From positions 61,915 to 125,914 of the forward strand of contig DAIMJI010000001.1 of NCBI GenBank assembly GCA_036722335.1: a DNA stretch of 64,000 bases. Direction: 5' to 3'. The translations under genes and the position numbers were made by a program. The stretch is from Synergistales bacterium (GTDB lineage Bacteria > Synergistota > Synergistia > Synergistales > 79-D21). The notes beneath the pieces were generated by a model. It ran no database searches and was not told the DNA's origin. It was given only the letters and a program-made list of their open reading frames with translations. Positions 9,318 to 18,801 of this stretch are shown one piece after another. The first letter of the stretch is position 1, and the number at the start of each line of letters is the position of its first letter.

Positions 9318-10713
9318 TTTCCTTCCTCCTTCTTCTGCCTTCCAACAGGGTTTCAAGCAACTCGACGGCTTGAGGCCCGGCCCAGGAAAGGCGGTATTCC
9401 AAATCAGCTTCCCTTGGGCTGGAAAAACGCGCTTCGAGCCCTTTCCCCATTCCTCCCGACATCGTGCGCTTTATTAGCCGGTATTTCTTCTCGGTCTCCC
9501 TTATGCCGATGAACGGCTGTGTTCTCCACGGGGTTTGCGGCTTGGGAACGAAGGGGTTGACCGAAAGGGAAACCTGCAAACCCAATTCCTTTCTGATTTG
9601 CCCGGCGAGCACTCCAATGGCGGCGACATCTTCTTCCGCCTCCCCTGGAAGGCCGACCATAAAGTAAAGCTTTACTCTTTTCATACCCTGGGAACGGGCC
9701 ATCTCCAGCTTATCCAGGATCAAGGCGTTGGTGAAAGGTTTGCCGCACCCGAAACGGAGTCGGTCTGTCCCAGCTTCGGGTGCGATCGTGAGACTTTCCC
9801 TCCCGGAGAGTCGAAGCGCCCGGATCATCCTCGGGGTCAGGCCGTCAATCCTTAGAGAGGCGAAAGACACCCCTTTCCCAAGGGCCTCAAGGTGATCCAG
9901 GAGCGTTTCTAGTTCCGGATAATCACCCGCTTCAGGAGTGACAAGGCCGACTTGCCGGAACTGAACGGAAGCCGCCGCTTTCCCCAGCGCTTCCAGCACG
10001 GCCTTGAGGGGCCGCTGCCGTAATGGGGAAAAGCAGGCCGGAAGAACACAATAGGGACATCCTCTCGCGCAACCTCTCTGCAATTCGAGCAGCAGCGTAT
10101 CCCCAAAAACCGATTTCGGGCTGATCCAGATCCCGTGTCCCAGCGACTCTCCCTCTTTGGTTATTGAGCAAGATTTCCTTCCGCTTGCAAGCAAATCCAG
10201 GGTTTCTTGCTCTCCAGTACCGGGGACAAGGATCGACGGATGCTCGCCAAGTCTTTCCAAAAGTTTCCCCCGGTTCGACAATCCCGGGTACAGCCGGATG
10301 TTTTCAACCAGGAACGGGATTACGGGTTCTCCATCTCCCATCACGATGAAATCCGCAACGCCAAGGAGCATTGAAGGATTGATGGAAGAAAACGCTCCGG
10401 CGGCTCCGATCAGCGGGTATGCCTCCCCCTCCCGTTGCCTCCTTCTGGAGGGTATGCCCGCTTTCGACAGCATATCCAGGAAATTCAGCGCATCCGGCTC
10501 ATAGGCGATGCTGGCTGTTATGGTCGGGAAGTCCTGGAGGGGGCGACGGCTTTCAATAGAAATATTGGGGATTGGCGAATGAAAGAAGCGTTCAACGCCA
10601 ACCCCCAGTTTCTTCAACTGGTAAAAGACATAATGAAAACCCAGGTTTGAGATCCCGGTCCCGTAATCCGACGGGAAAAGAAGAGCCCACGAGGGGTCTC
10701 CTCCTTGCGACAT
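9307..10713 (-). CDS. Radical SAM protein (B12-binding-like N-domain; resembles the TIGR03960 family)
   Basis: Has the CARGCPYCVLP CX3CX2C motif and the N-terminal LLFPSDYGTGISNLGFHYVFYQL block typical of that family. The start is ambiguous: ATG 10713, GTG 10719 or the track TTG at 10809. Confidence 0.78.
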   Translation of the reverse strand: MSQGGDPSWALLFPSDYGTGISNLGFHYVFYQLKKLGVGVERFFHSPIPNISIESRRPLQDFPTITASIAYEPDALNFLDMLSKAGIPSRRRQREGEAYPLIGAAGAFSSINPSMLLGVADFIVMGDGEPVIPFLVENIRLYPGLSNRGKLLERLGEHPSILVPGTGEQETLDLLASGRKSCSITKEGESLGHGIWISPKSVFGDTLLLELQRGCARGCPYCVLPACFSPLRQRPLKAVLEALGKAAASVQFRQVGLVTPEAGDYPELETLLDHLEALGKGVSFASLRIDGLTPRMIRALRLSGRESLTIAPEAGTDRLRFGCGKPFTNALILDKLEMARSQGMKRVKLYFMVGLPGEAEEDVAAIGVLAGQIRKELGLQVSLSVNPFVPKPQTPWRTQPFIGIRETEKKYRLIKRTMSGGMGKGLEARFSSPREADLEYRLSWAGPQAVELLETLLEGRRRRKENAI

Positions 10714-10835
10714 TGAAACCACGGCCTCCTCCTGGAGGGTGACACTCTCCCATTCCTTGCCGATCCGGGAAGAGCCCCTGTTCGCGGGGATCGATATTCT
10801 TCCCCTCAAAAGACGGACGCCTCCCGCCCCTTCGC

Positions 10836-12035
10836 TCAGTCTCCAGCCTTCCGTCGGCGGATAACCGAGGGAATGTCAAGGTGATTCGTCGGCACCCCGC
10901 TGATCTTGAAGAGATCCTCTTCCTGGGAGGAGGACCTGACCTCTGCTTCCTCCAGGTCGATCCTGTTTTTCCTCACTCGCGGAACGGGCTGGATCGGCTG
11001 GACCGGCTGCGGGGAGACGGCTTTCCGGACGGTATCCACCTTCCTGATTATCGGGGAGGAACCCGCTGCCTGCTCGGAAAATCCAGTCGCGATCACTGTA
11101 ATCTGGATTTTTTCTCCCATGGAAGGATCGACGACATTTCCCCATATGATCGTTGCGTCTTCGTCCGCCGCCTCGGTTATCACATTTGCCGCCTCGTAAA
11201 TTTCGTGGATCCCGAGGCTAGGACCGCCGGTCACGTTGAAAAGGACCCCCTTGGCACCGATCATCTGTGTTTCCATCAAGGGGCTGTTGATTGCCGCCCT
11301 GGCGGCAGCCTCAGCCCGGGCTTCACCTTCGGCTTCACCTATCCCCATGATCGCCGATCCCGCATTGCTCATGACCGTACGAACATCAGCGAAATCAACG
11401 TTTACGAGGCCGGGGCGGAAAATGAGGTCTGTCACGCCCTGTACCGCCTGCCGCAAAACATCATCCGCAAGGCGGAACGCATCACAAAGCGCTGTCTTGC
11501 AGTCCGAAATTTCCAATAGCTTGTCATTAGGAATGACGATGAGGGCGTCAACCTTGTCCTTCAGGTTCTCGATGCCTGTTTTCGCCTGTAAAAGGCGTTT
11601 CCTGCCCTCGAACGAAAAGGGACGCGTAACGACCGCGACCACGAGGACACCCATTTCCTTGGCTACTTCGGCTATCACGGGGGTTGATCCAGTACCCGTC
11701 CCTCCCCCCATGCCCGCGGTCAGGAAGACCATGTCTGCCCCTTCCAGGAGTTGCCGCATCTCTTCCCTGGATTCCTTGGCAGCCTTCATGCCCACTTCGG
11801 GATCCGCCCCAGCGCCGAGGCCCCTGGTCAATTCCTTGCCGAGAACGACCCTGACATCCGCTTCCGAGGTCTGGAGGTGAGCCATGTCGGTATTGGCCCC
11901 CACGAACTCGACGCCGACAAGGCCACTGCGGGCGATATGGTTTAGTGCGTTGTTTCCGCCTCCGCCAATACCCATGACCTTGATAACTTCCCTGAATGGA
12001 CGGCTTGCTTTCTCAATTTCAAAAACATCGGCCAT
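10836..12035 (-). CDS. ftsZ: Cell division GTPase FtsZ
   Basis: Tubulin signature GGGTGTGSTPVIA, N-terminal VMGIGGGGNNALN, and the C-terminal conserved peptide DIPSVIRRR. Confidence 0.97.
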   Translation of the reverse strand: MADVFEIEKASRPFREVIKVMGIGGGGNNALNHIARSGLVGVEFVGANTDMAHLQTSEADVRVVLGKELTRGLGAGADPEVGMKAAKESREEMRQLLEGADMVFLTAGMGGGTGTGSTPVIAEVAKEMGVLVVAVVTRPFSFEGRKRLLQAKTGIENLKDKVDALIVIPNDKLLEISDCKTALCDAFRLADDVLRQAVQGVTDLIFRPGLVNVDFADVRTVMSNAGSAIMGIGEAEGEARAEAAARAAINSPLMETQMIGAKGVLFNVTGGPSLGIHEIYEAANVITEAADEDATIIWGNVVDPSMGEKIQITVIATGFSEQAAGSSPIIRKVDTVRKAVSPQPVQPIQPVPRVRKNRIDLEEAEVRSSSQEEDLFKISGVPTNHLDIPSVIRRRKAGD

Positions 12036-12065
12036 GCCGTTCGCCTCCTGCAGGATCCAGAATGG

Positions 12066-13388
12066 TCAAAACAGGTCCTTCACTGATTTTCGGATGTTTT
12101 CCATCACCGTCTTGAACGCCCCGTCACTGGCTTTCTTCCTTCCATTCCCCGTGACGGCCCCGCCCCTGGCCTTCCTCGAGCGGGAAGCGTTGGAACCCCC
12201 CTCGGAGGGCAAGTCTGATTCCATATACCGATAGGGATTACGTTCTTTCTCTAAAATGTAACGGATGATACCGGCTCCGCTCGTATACTCCTCACTGTTC
12301 ATGCCCGGGGGCATCCTGCCTGCGTCCAGCGGCCCCGCTACCCGTACGGGCATGTCAAGCAGCCGTGAAACGTAGGCGTCGAGCCCGGGAAGACGTGAGA
12401 CTCCCCCGGTGAGAACGATCCCACCCGGCATCATCGGGATGCCCGATTCCTTCAGTTCAGCCTGGACGAGAGAGCCAAAAAGTTCGTCCATTCGGCAGGC
12501 GATGACCTCCACGATTTCCCTCACGCTGAAAGAAAGCGTTTTTCCAAGGCTCTCTACTTCGATCTTTTCGTTCTGGCCGACGCTGTCCGGAGAAAGTGAA
12601 ACGCTCTTCTTCAAGGCGTCCGCCCTGCTTATCGGGATGCGGAGCACGCAGGCGAGATCATTGGTGACATGGTCCCCGCCAACGGGGATAACGGACAGCC
12701 TTTTAGGCCTTCCTTCCGAAAAGACGGACACTCCCGTTGTCCCGCCGCCGAGGTCGACCACCGCCACCCCAGCCATCGCCTCTTCGTTCGACAGGCAACC
12801 CAGGGAACTGGCCAGCGGCTTCATGACGAGCCCCGAAACCTCGAGTCCAGCCTTGCCGACGCAATTCACGACATTCTGTATGACCGCGCTGGGCACGATA
12901 ATAGACTGCAGTTCCACTTCAAGCCTAACCCCGGTCATGTCGAGGGGGTCATCTATGCCCGTATGACCGTCGAGAGCGTATTCCACGGGGATCGTGTGCA
13001 GGATGCATCGGTTGACAGGAACCGCGATCTCCGACTGGGCAGCTTCGATGATCCTGTCCACGTCGTCGAGCGACACCTGCCTGGCCGAACGTCCAAGGGA
13101 AATCATCCCCTTTGTGCGGATACTGGTCGTCTCCGCGCCTGAAAAAGCGACAGTGACGTTGTCTATGCCCAGCCCAACCATGCTTTCCGCGTCTTCAACG
13201 GCTGCCTGGATTGAACGGGTGGCCTGTTCGAGGTTCACGATCATTCCCTTGCGAATCCCCATGGACGGGGCTTCCCCTACCCCGATGATCTGGGCCTCCC
13301 CTGAGCGAGCATCCATTTCCGCCACGGTGACTGCAATTTTCGTCGTTCCCAAATCCAAACCGACCAAAAGATCGGGTTCGTCCTTCAA
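12066..13388 (-). CDS. ftsA: Cell division protein FtsA
   Basis: Actin-like ATPase blocks VGLDLGTTKIAV and VVDLGGGTTGVSVF. It lies immediately upstream of ftsZ. Confidence 0.95.
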   Translation of the reverse strand: MKDEPDLLVGLDLGTTKIAVTVAEMDARSGEAQIIGVGEAPSMGIRKGMIVNLEQATRSIQAAVEDAESMVGLGIDNVTVAFSGAETTSIRTKGMISLGRSARQVSLDDVDRIIEAAQSEIAVPVNRCILHTIPVEYALDGHTGIDDPLDMTGVRLEVELQSIIVPSAVIQNVVNCVGKAGLEVSGLVMKPLASSLGCLSNEEAMAGVAVVDLGGGTTGVSVFSEGRPKRLSVIPVGGDHVTNDLACVLRIPISRADALKKSVSLSPDSVGQNEKIEVESLGKTLSFSVREIVEVIACRMDELFGSLVQAELKESGIPMMPGGIVLTGGVSRLPGLDAYVSRLLDMPVRVAGPLDAGRMPPGMNSEEYTSGAGIIRYILEKERNPYRYMESDLPSEGGSNASRSRKARGGAVTGNGRKKASDGAFKTVMENIRKSVKDLF

Positions 13389-14245
13389 TTCGACTCGCTC
13401 CCTTCCGGCCTCCGCCCGTTTCCGTCCGTTCCGTCAGGAGGGACATTGCCAACGACGATCTTTCCCTCGTATGTCGCATCGACCAGGAGGGTTGCCCCTC
13501 CTGCATCTGGTTGCCCTGAAAGGATCTTCCGGGTCGCAGAAAAAATCGTATCCCATTTCTCGATATCGTCATCCAATTCCAATTGTATCCTCTGTTTGTT
13601 CCTTTGCGCAACGACTTTCAAGAATCGCTCCCCTCCCCGAACCGAGACCGCTACGGAGATCGGTTTGCCAATCCATCCTTGGGCCGAAAGCTTTTCCTGC
13701 CAGGCCATAACATCCTTGATCGGCAAGGTGGATTTCTGCACGACATTTTCACGCTTTCCAGGATCTTCGAAAGGAGCCTGCAGGTCCTTGTCCCAATCCC
13801 AGTGCGGCAGCTTGGCCAGCTTGCCAGCCCTTTGCCCAACCCCTTTCCAGCCCATCGAAAGAGATTCCGGCCAGATATAGCCGTCGGTTGAAACCACGAA
13901 TTCCTGCCCCTTGTATCCCAGTTCGATCCATGGAAGGCGGGGAACGGCCGAAATGGATATCCGGCCCCAACCGGAAACTGAAACATTAATCCCTGCGGGG
14001 TACCGTTCCTCCAGTTCCCTTGTTATGGCCCCGCGCCGAAGAACCGGAATAACCCAGATTCTCCTGGACAGGCTCCCGATGGATTTCCACAGGACCGGGT
14101 CAGGAAGGCTTCCGGCAGGAACGATTTTCAGTTCTACAAGCCTCAGGACCTGGTAATGGTTTTCAAAGCCGCAAAGGACACCAAGCAAAAGGGCGATCCA
14201 AAGGACCGCGCGCCCAGGACGGGCACTCCTAATCCCACGGGCCAC
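13385..14245 (-). CDS. ftsQ: Cell division protein FtsQ/DivIB (POTRA)
   Basis: N-terminal TM helix (AVLWIALLLGVLCGF) followed by POTRA-like and FtsQ-type domains. It occupies the canonical slot between murB and ftsA. Confidence 0.75.
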   Translation of the reverse strand: MARGIRSARPGRAVLWIALLLGVLCGFENHYQVLRLVELKIVPAGSLPDPVLWKSIGSLSRRIWVIPVLRRGAITRELEERYPAGINVSVSGWGRISISAVPRLPWIELGYKGQEFVVSTDGYIWPESLSMGWKGVGQRAGKLAKLPHWDWDKDLQAPFEDPGKRENVVQKSTLPIKDVMAWQEKLSAQGWIGKPISVAVSVRGGERFLKVVAQRNKQRIQLELDDDIEKWDTIFSATRKILSGQPDAGGATLLVDATYEGKIVVGNVPPDGTDGNGRRPEGSESN

Positions 14246-15158
14246 CTAGGAGTGTCACCTCCAGTTCCAGCCAAACGCCGCTCGCATCGAAAACCTTTTT
14301 CCTGCAGAGGCGGATCAGCTCCCAAATCTGTCCAGCCGTGGCCTTGCCTCGATTTTCAATGAAATTGGCATGAAGTCTTGAAACCACCGCATCGCCTATT
14401 GCCATCCCCTTGCAGCCGCAACGGTCTAGGAGAAGTCCCGCCGGTTCATTGCCGAATCCCGGGTTCTTGAAAACGCATCCCGCGGTCTTGGCGCCGTGAG
14501 GCTGACCTTTCCGCCTAGACCAGAAGTCCAGTACCCTGTTTCGGACAATAGCCTTGTCCATCTCTGCCACTCTCAGGCCACAACGCGTAACCAGCCTCGG
14601 CTCGGAAGCAAGGGAACTGTATCGATACCCCGAATGGATTTCGGTCCCCTTCCAACGCATTGTCGTTCCGTCCGCTTCTACGCTTTCTACCCATTCAACG
14701 ACCGACCCCATCGCCTCAGGACCAGCCCCTGCGTTGCATACCAGCGCTCCACCGATACTCCCATGGATGCCCGTTGCGAATTCCAACCCAGAAAAACCAT
14801 TGGAAAGGCAAAAATTAAGCAGACGCCGTGTCGGACAACCGGCATCTGCTTCGATCAAGCAACTCCCCTCAGGCCCACGCACAAGGGAAAATCCTTTCAT
14901 TTCCGCCATCCAGAGAGTCATGCCTTCAAGCCCCTGGGGATGAACAAGGACATTGCTCCCGCCACCGATTGTCCAGACGGGTACACCCGCCGTCCTGCAA
15001 AATGCGAAAGCCCCGCGCGCTTGATCAGTATTCCGCGGGGCGAGCAGGAACTCGGCTGTTCCCCCTGCTTCCCAGGTTGTAAGGGAAGCCAGGGGAAACC
15101 CTTCCTGCAAGGTCAGATTAAGTTGCCTTTCAAGCGCTGCATGCCATGGCATTGGCAA
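14229..15158 (-). CDS. murB: UDP-N-acetylenolpyruvoylglucosamine reductase MurB
   Basis: Contains TTWEAGGTAEFL, VWTIGGGSNVLV, and the C-terminal GAKTAGCVFKNP and RLHANFIEN blocks. Confidence 0.92.
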   Translation of the reverse strand: MPMPWHAALERQLNLTLQEGFPLASLTTWEAGGTAEFLLAPRNTDQARGAFAFCRTAGVPVWTIGGGSNVLVHPQGLEGMTLWMAEMKGFSLVRGPEGSCLIEADAGCPTRRLLNFCLSNGFSGLEFATGIHGSIGGALVCNAGAGPEAMGSVVEWVESVEADGTTMRWKGTEIHSGYRYSSLASEPRLVTRCGLRVAEMDKAIVRNRVLDFWSRRKGQPHGAKTAGCVFKNPGFGNEPAGLLLDRCGCKGMAIGDAVVSRLHANFIENRGKATAGQIWELIRLCRKKVFDASGVWLELEVTLLGGPWD

Positions 15159-16581
15159 CGGACTCTTGTTGTTCGAGTCGGCTCATCAGCTGTTCACAAG
15201 CCGCGTTGACGTTACCCGCCCCAAGCGTCAGGATGAGGTCATCCCGCCGGGCCTCTCCTCCGATACGGTCGACAGCCTCTCCAATGTCCTTGCAAAGGGT
15301 AACCTGGCTGGCTCCCTTTTCTTCCATGGTTCGTACGATCAGGTCGGAGCAAATGCCGGGGATGGGGCGTTCGTCAGCCCCGTAAATGGGAACAAGGAAA
15401 AGGCGGTCAGCCTGCATCAGTACCTCCGCGAATTCCTTGTAAAGGGCAGCCGTCCTGGTGTAGCGGTGAGGCTGGAAGAGGGTGACGACCCTTCTTCCGG
15501 GGAAGACTGACTTGACCGCGCGCAACGTTGCCGCCACTTCCCTCGGGTGGTGTCCGTAATCATCATACAGGTCGATTTCACCGATTGAGCCCATATACTG
15601 AAGGCGGCGCTTAGCCCCTTTGAACCCCTTCAGGGCATCGGTTGCCGTTTCGAACGGGACATTCATGCAGGAAGCCGCGGCACAGGCCGCCAGGGCGTTA
15701 AGGACATTGTGGTCCCCTGATACTTTCAGGGTAACCGTTCCCTTGACCTTCCCCTGGTGAAGAACGGTGAAAGAGACACCGCCTCCCGGAATGTATTCGA
15801 CATCAAACGCACCCCAGTCCCAGCCCGCTCCCCAACCGTAGGTCGTATAGGGCGTCTCCCCTAAGGTTGCCTTGCTGCGTTCTATCAACCGTGCAGCCCC
15901 CGGGTCTTCGCCGCAGATGACAACGGACGAATCCTTCTTCCGGTTTTCGAGGAAACGCAAAAATGCCAGCTCGACCTCCTGGCGGGTCGGGTAATGGTCG
16001 ACATGATCCCAATCCACGTTGGTGACGACCGCCACGTTTGTCCTGAACAGTTCGAAGGACCCGTCGCTTTCATCCAGCTCGGCCACCATGGGGAGGCCCG
16101 CCCCCAGCCTCGCGTTCGCCCCGATATCACACAACTCGCCGCCTATGGCGACGGTCGGCTTCAATCCAGCCCGGTCCAGTATAAGGGCCGTCATCGACGA
16201 TGTCGTTGTTTTTCCGTGCGTTCCCGCGATCCCAACGCCAAAACGTTCGTTGAAGAGAGCGCTAAGGACTTCCGCGCGCCTTGCCACGGATATCCCTCTT
16301 TTCCTCGCTTCAAGCAGTTCTTCGTTATGATCGGGGATCGCGCTGCTGTAAACCAGAAGGTCTGGATTATAACGATCAAGGTGCGCAGAGTCGTGCCCCA
16401 GCACGCAATCCACCCTCCGGGCAATCAGTTTTTCCATGTAGTAAGAGTGAGCCATATCACACCCGGAGACTTCGAACCCGAGTTCGGAAAGAAGCGCTGC
16501 CAACCCGCTCATTCCTGACCCTCCAATCCCGAGCAGGTGGACGTTCCTGATCCTGTCATGGCTCAGCTTTAATCCGTCCAA
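15130..16581 (-). CDS. murC: UDP-N-acetylmuramate--L-alanine ligase MurC
   Basis: Contains HLLGIGGSGMSGLA and the Mur ligase P-loop GIAGTHGKTTTSSM. Confidence 0.95.
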   Translation of the reverse strand: MDGLKLSHDRIRNVHLLGIGGSGMSGLAALLSELGFEVSGCDMAHSYYMEKLIARRVDCVLGHDSAHLDRYNPDLLVYSSAIPDHNEELLEARKRGISVARRAEVLSALFNERFGVGIAGTHGKTTTSSMTALILDRAGLKPTVAIGGELCDIGANARLGAGLPMVAELDESDGSFELFRTNVAVVTNVDWDHVDHYPTRQEVELAFLRFLENRKKDSSVVICGEDPGAARLIERSKATLGETPYTTYGWGAGWDWGAFDVEYIPGGGVSFTVLHQGKVKGTVTLKVSGDHNVLNALAACAAASCMNVPFETATDALKGFKGAKRRLQYMGSIGEIDLYDDYGHHPREVAATLRAVKSVFPGRRVVTLFQPHRYTRTAALYKEFAEVLMQADRLFLVPIYGADERPIPGICSDLIVRTMEEKGASQVTLCKDIGEAVDRIGGEARRDDLILTLGAGNVNAACEQLMSRLEQQESVANAMACSA

Positions 16582-17675
16582 CTTCCGTCTCTCCCTTCAA
16601 GAGTCCTGAGGATTTCCCTGAAAAAGTCCTGATTTGTCTGCTCTGCCGCGATTCCTGGATCAACGGGATGGCCTTCTCCCGCATCGCCGGCTGGCCCCAG
16701 TCCATTCAACCTGGCTACAAATTCAGCCACGCTATCCCGCGCCTCGTCCCAGACGAGCCCGTTGCCGCCTTCGCTGAAAACAAGCGCGTTGGCCAACTGG
16801 TGATCGTCCCTCGACTTCGGCCAGGGAACTACCAGGGCCGGAATCGCCCAAGCCCGCAGTTCCGACAGGGTTGAAGCTCCTCCCCTGACAACAGCGATAT
16901 CCGCAAGGGAGTAAAGCGTTTCCATATCCCAACGCCGCGGGATCCCCCAGACTCTTTCCGACAGGCGATTATCCCCCGTTTTCGTTCCCATGACAAGAAA
17001 GGACCATCCCTGAAAATCTTCCCTTCCCGAAACATCCAGGACCCTTTCCGCAAGGGAATGGCTTCCTAACGAACCGCCAAGCACAAGGCACGTTTTTCCA
17101 CCGGGAAACTCACCCAAACCTAGTTTATTCCAAGCTTCCCGGCGAGGCAAACGCCTCATGCGGCGAACCGGCGTTCCCACGTTTACGAAGCTGCCTCGCG
17201 CAAAAGGCCTGCAATCCGCCCATCCTGTCAGGAGCTTTGCGCCCCACTTAACCCCCAGTTTCGTCACCATTCCTGCAACCGCGTTTTGCTCGTGTACCGC
17301 GATAGGAATCCCCCGCAGGCGGCCTGCCGCCAAGGCCGGGAAAGAAATATACCCGCCGAACAGGACACAGGCCTGGGGTTTCATCTTCCTGACCAACCGG
17401 CTCATTCCTGCAGTGGCCTTTAGGACCTGGACCCAGCGAGCTGCCGATGAAATCCCCCCTGTTCCCAGAGGTGAACCCTCGCAGGGAAGGATCACCGGAT
17501 CGATCCCGGAACTTCCGTAAATCTCTCGCTCAAGGGGACGGCTGCCCGAAACATAGGTGATTTCAAGCCCCTTAACCTTGGAAGCCATCCACTCCCCAAG
17601 GGCTATCGCCGGGCAAATATGCCCCCCTGTTCCTCCCGCGACAAGAAAAAGGCGCTTCAGGCGAGGCTGCGGCAT
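16569..17675 (-). CDS. murG: Undecaprenyldiphospho-muramoylpentapeptide beta-N-acetylglucosaminyltransferase MurG
   Basis: N-terminal motif LVAGGTGGHICPAIALGE. Start taken at ATG 17675 (MPQPRLKRLF), which has a GAGG SD 8 nt upstream; the track start at 17711 is possible. Confidence 0.92.
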   Translation of the reverse strand: MPQPRLKRLFLVAGGTGGHICPAIALGEWMASKVKGLEITYVSGSRPLEREIYGSSGIDPVILPCEGSPLGTGGISSAARWVQVLKATAGMSRLVRKMKPQACVLFGGYISFPALAAGRLRGIPIAVHEQNAVAGMVTKLGVKWGAKLLTGWADCRPFARGSFVNVGTPVRRMRRLPRREAWNKLGLGEFPGGKTCLVLGGSLGSHSLAERVLDVSGREDFQGWSFLVMGTKTGDNRLSERVWGIPRRWDMETLYSLADIAVVRGGASTLSELRAWAIPALVVPWPKSRDDHQLANALVFSEGGNGLVWDEARDSVAEFVARLNGLGPAGDAGEGHPVDPGIAAEQTNQDFFREILRTLEGRDGSWTD

Positions 17676-18793
17676 CGGCTTAACCTCAGGAGAAGCCCAA
17701 CCCTCGCCCACATCATCACCAGGGAGCTTCCCCCATAGCTCAGGAATGGCAGGGGCATCCCCGTGAGGGGAATCAGGTTGGTCACACCCCCGACATTAAT
17801 GGCCATCTGGGTGAAAACGTTCAGGCACAATCCCCAGACCAGGCATGCCTCTAGAGAACCTTCAAGGCGGCGGTAATGCGAAAACAAGCGGTAAAACCAG
17901 ATCCCGAAAAGGGCAAGGACCGATATCGTGCCTGCCAAGCCAAGTTCTTCCCCTACTGCCGCCAAGATGAAATCCGTGTGGGACGCCGGTAAATATTTAA
18001 GTTTTTGCAGACCTTGACCAAGTCCCATTCCCCAGGCTCCCCCATTCGAGAAGGCCACGAGGCCCTGTATCGCCTGGAACCCGCTTCCCAGAGGCTCCTC
18101 CCATGGATCCAGAAAAGCCTTGAGGCGTCTTAACCGATACCCGTGCGTAAAAATAAACGGAAAGCCCAGGGCCAACACTCCACCACCGCAAACCAGCGGC
18201 AATCCCCACCCGAAAAGCGGGATAAAAACACCCATCCCCAGGATAAAAACAAGGATCGTACTTCCCATATCAGGCTGAAGTAGCAAGGGAATCACGGAAA
18301 TCCCGGCCAATAGACAGACTTTGCAAAATGCCGCAAACGGGGTTGACTTCCGCTGGTCCTCGAAAAGTTTCCGGCTTGCATGGATCGTGAAGGCCAGGAA
18401 GAGGACATCTGCGGCCTGGACCGTTACCAGCCCAAGGTTTACCCAACGCCTGGCTCCACCGGCGGAAACTCCCAAAACAGGAAATAACGGCAGGAAACAG
18501 AAACCTACCGCTAGTATCCAGAAAAACCCGCTGTGCCTCTTCCATGTTTCCAAGGGTACGGAATAGGTGATAAGCATTCCCGCAAAGCCCAGCAGCAGCC
18601 AGATAGCCTGCCTGATCCCCAGCGTTTGCGGAGACCCGAACCGGGCCATCGAAATCGGGCTCGAGGAGGAACTGATCATGATGACCCCGATCCCGCTAAG
18701 GAGAAGAGGGATCAGCCAGAGTAGGGGGTCGGCAATTCCATCCTCACGTACAGGTCCCGAGTTGGACTCAAGCCCGCTCCGGGCATTCCCCAT
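17657..18793 (-). CDS. ftsW: Peptidoglycan glycosyltransferase FtsW (SEDS family)
   Basis: Polytopic membrane protein with SEDS blocks (PASHTDFILAAVGEELG, PLTGMPLPFLSYGGSS). ATG 18793 lies 9 nt after the murD stop and has a GAGGA SD. Confidence 0.9.
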   Translation of the reverse strand: MGNARSGLESNSGPVREDGIADPLLWLIPLLLSGIGVIMISSSSSPISMARFGSPQTLGIRQAIWLLLGFAGMLITYSVPLETWKRHSGFFWILAVGFCFLPLFPVLGVSAGGARRWVNLGLVTVQAADVLFLAFTIHASRKLFEDQRKSTPFAAFCKVCLLAGISVIPLLLQPDMGSTILVFILGMGVFIPLFGWGLPLVCGGGVLALGFPFIFTHGYRLRRLKAFLDPWEEPLGSGFQAIQGLVAFSNGGAWGMGLGQGLQKLKYLPASHTDFILAAVGEELGLAGTISVLALFGIWFYRLFSHYRRLEGSLEACLVWGLCLNVFTQMAINVGGVTNLIPLTGMPLPFLSYGGSSLVMMWARVGLLLRLSRCRSLA

Positions 18794-18801
18794 CGAATTC
18801 C

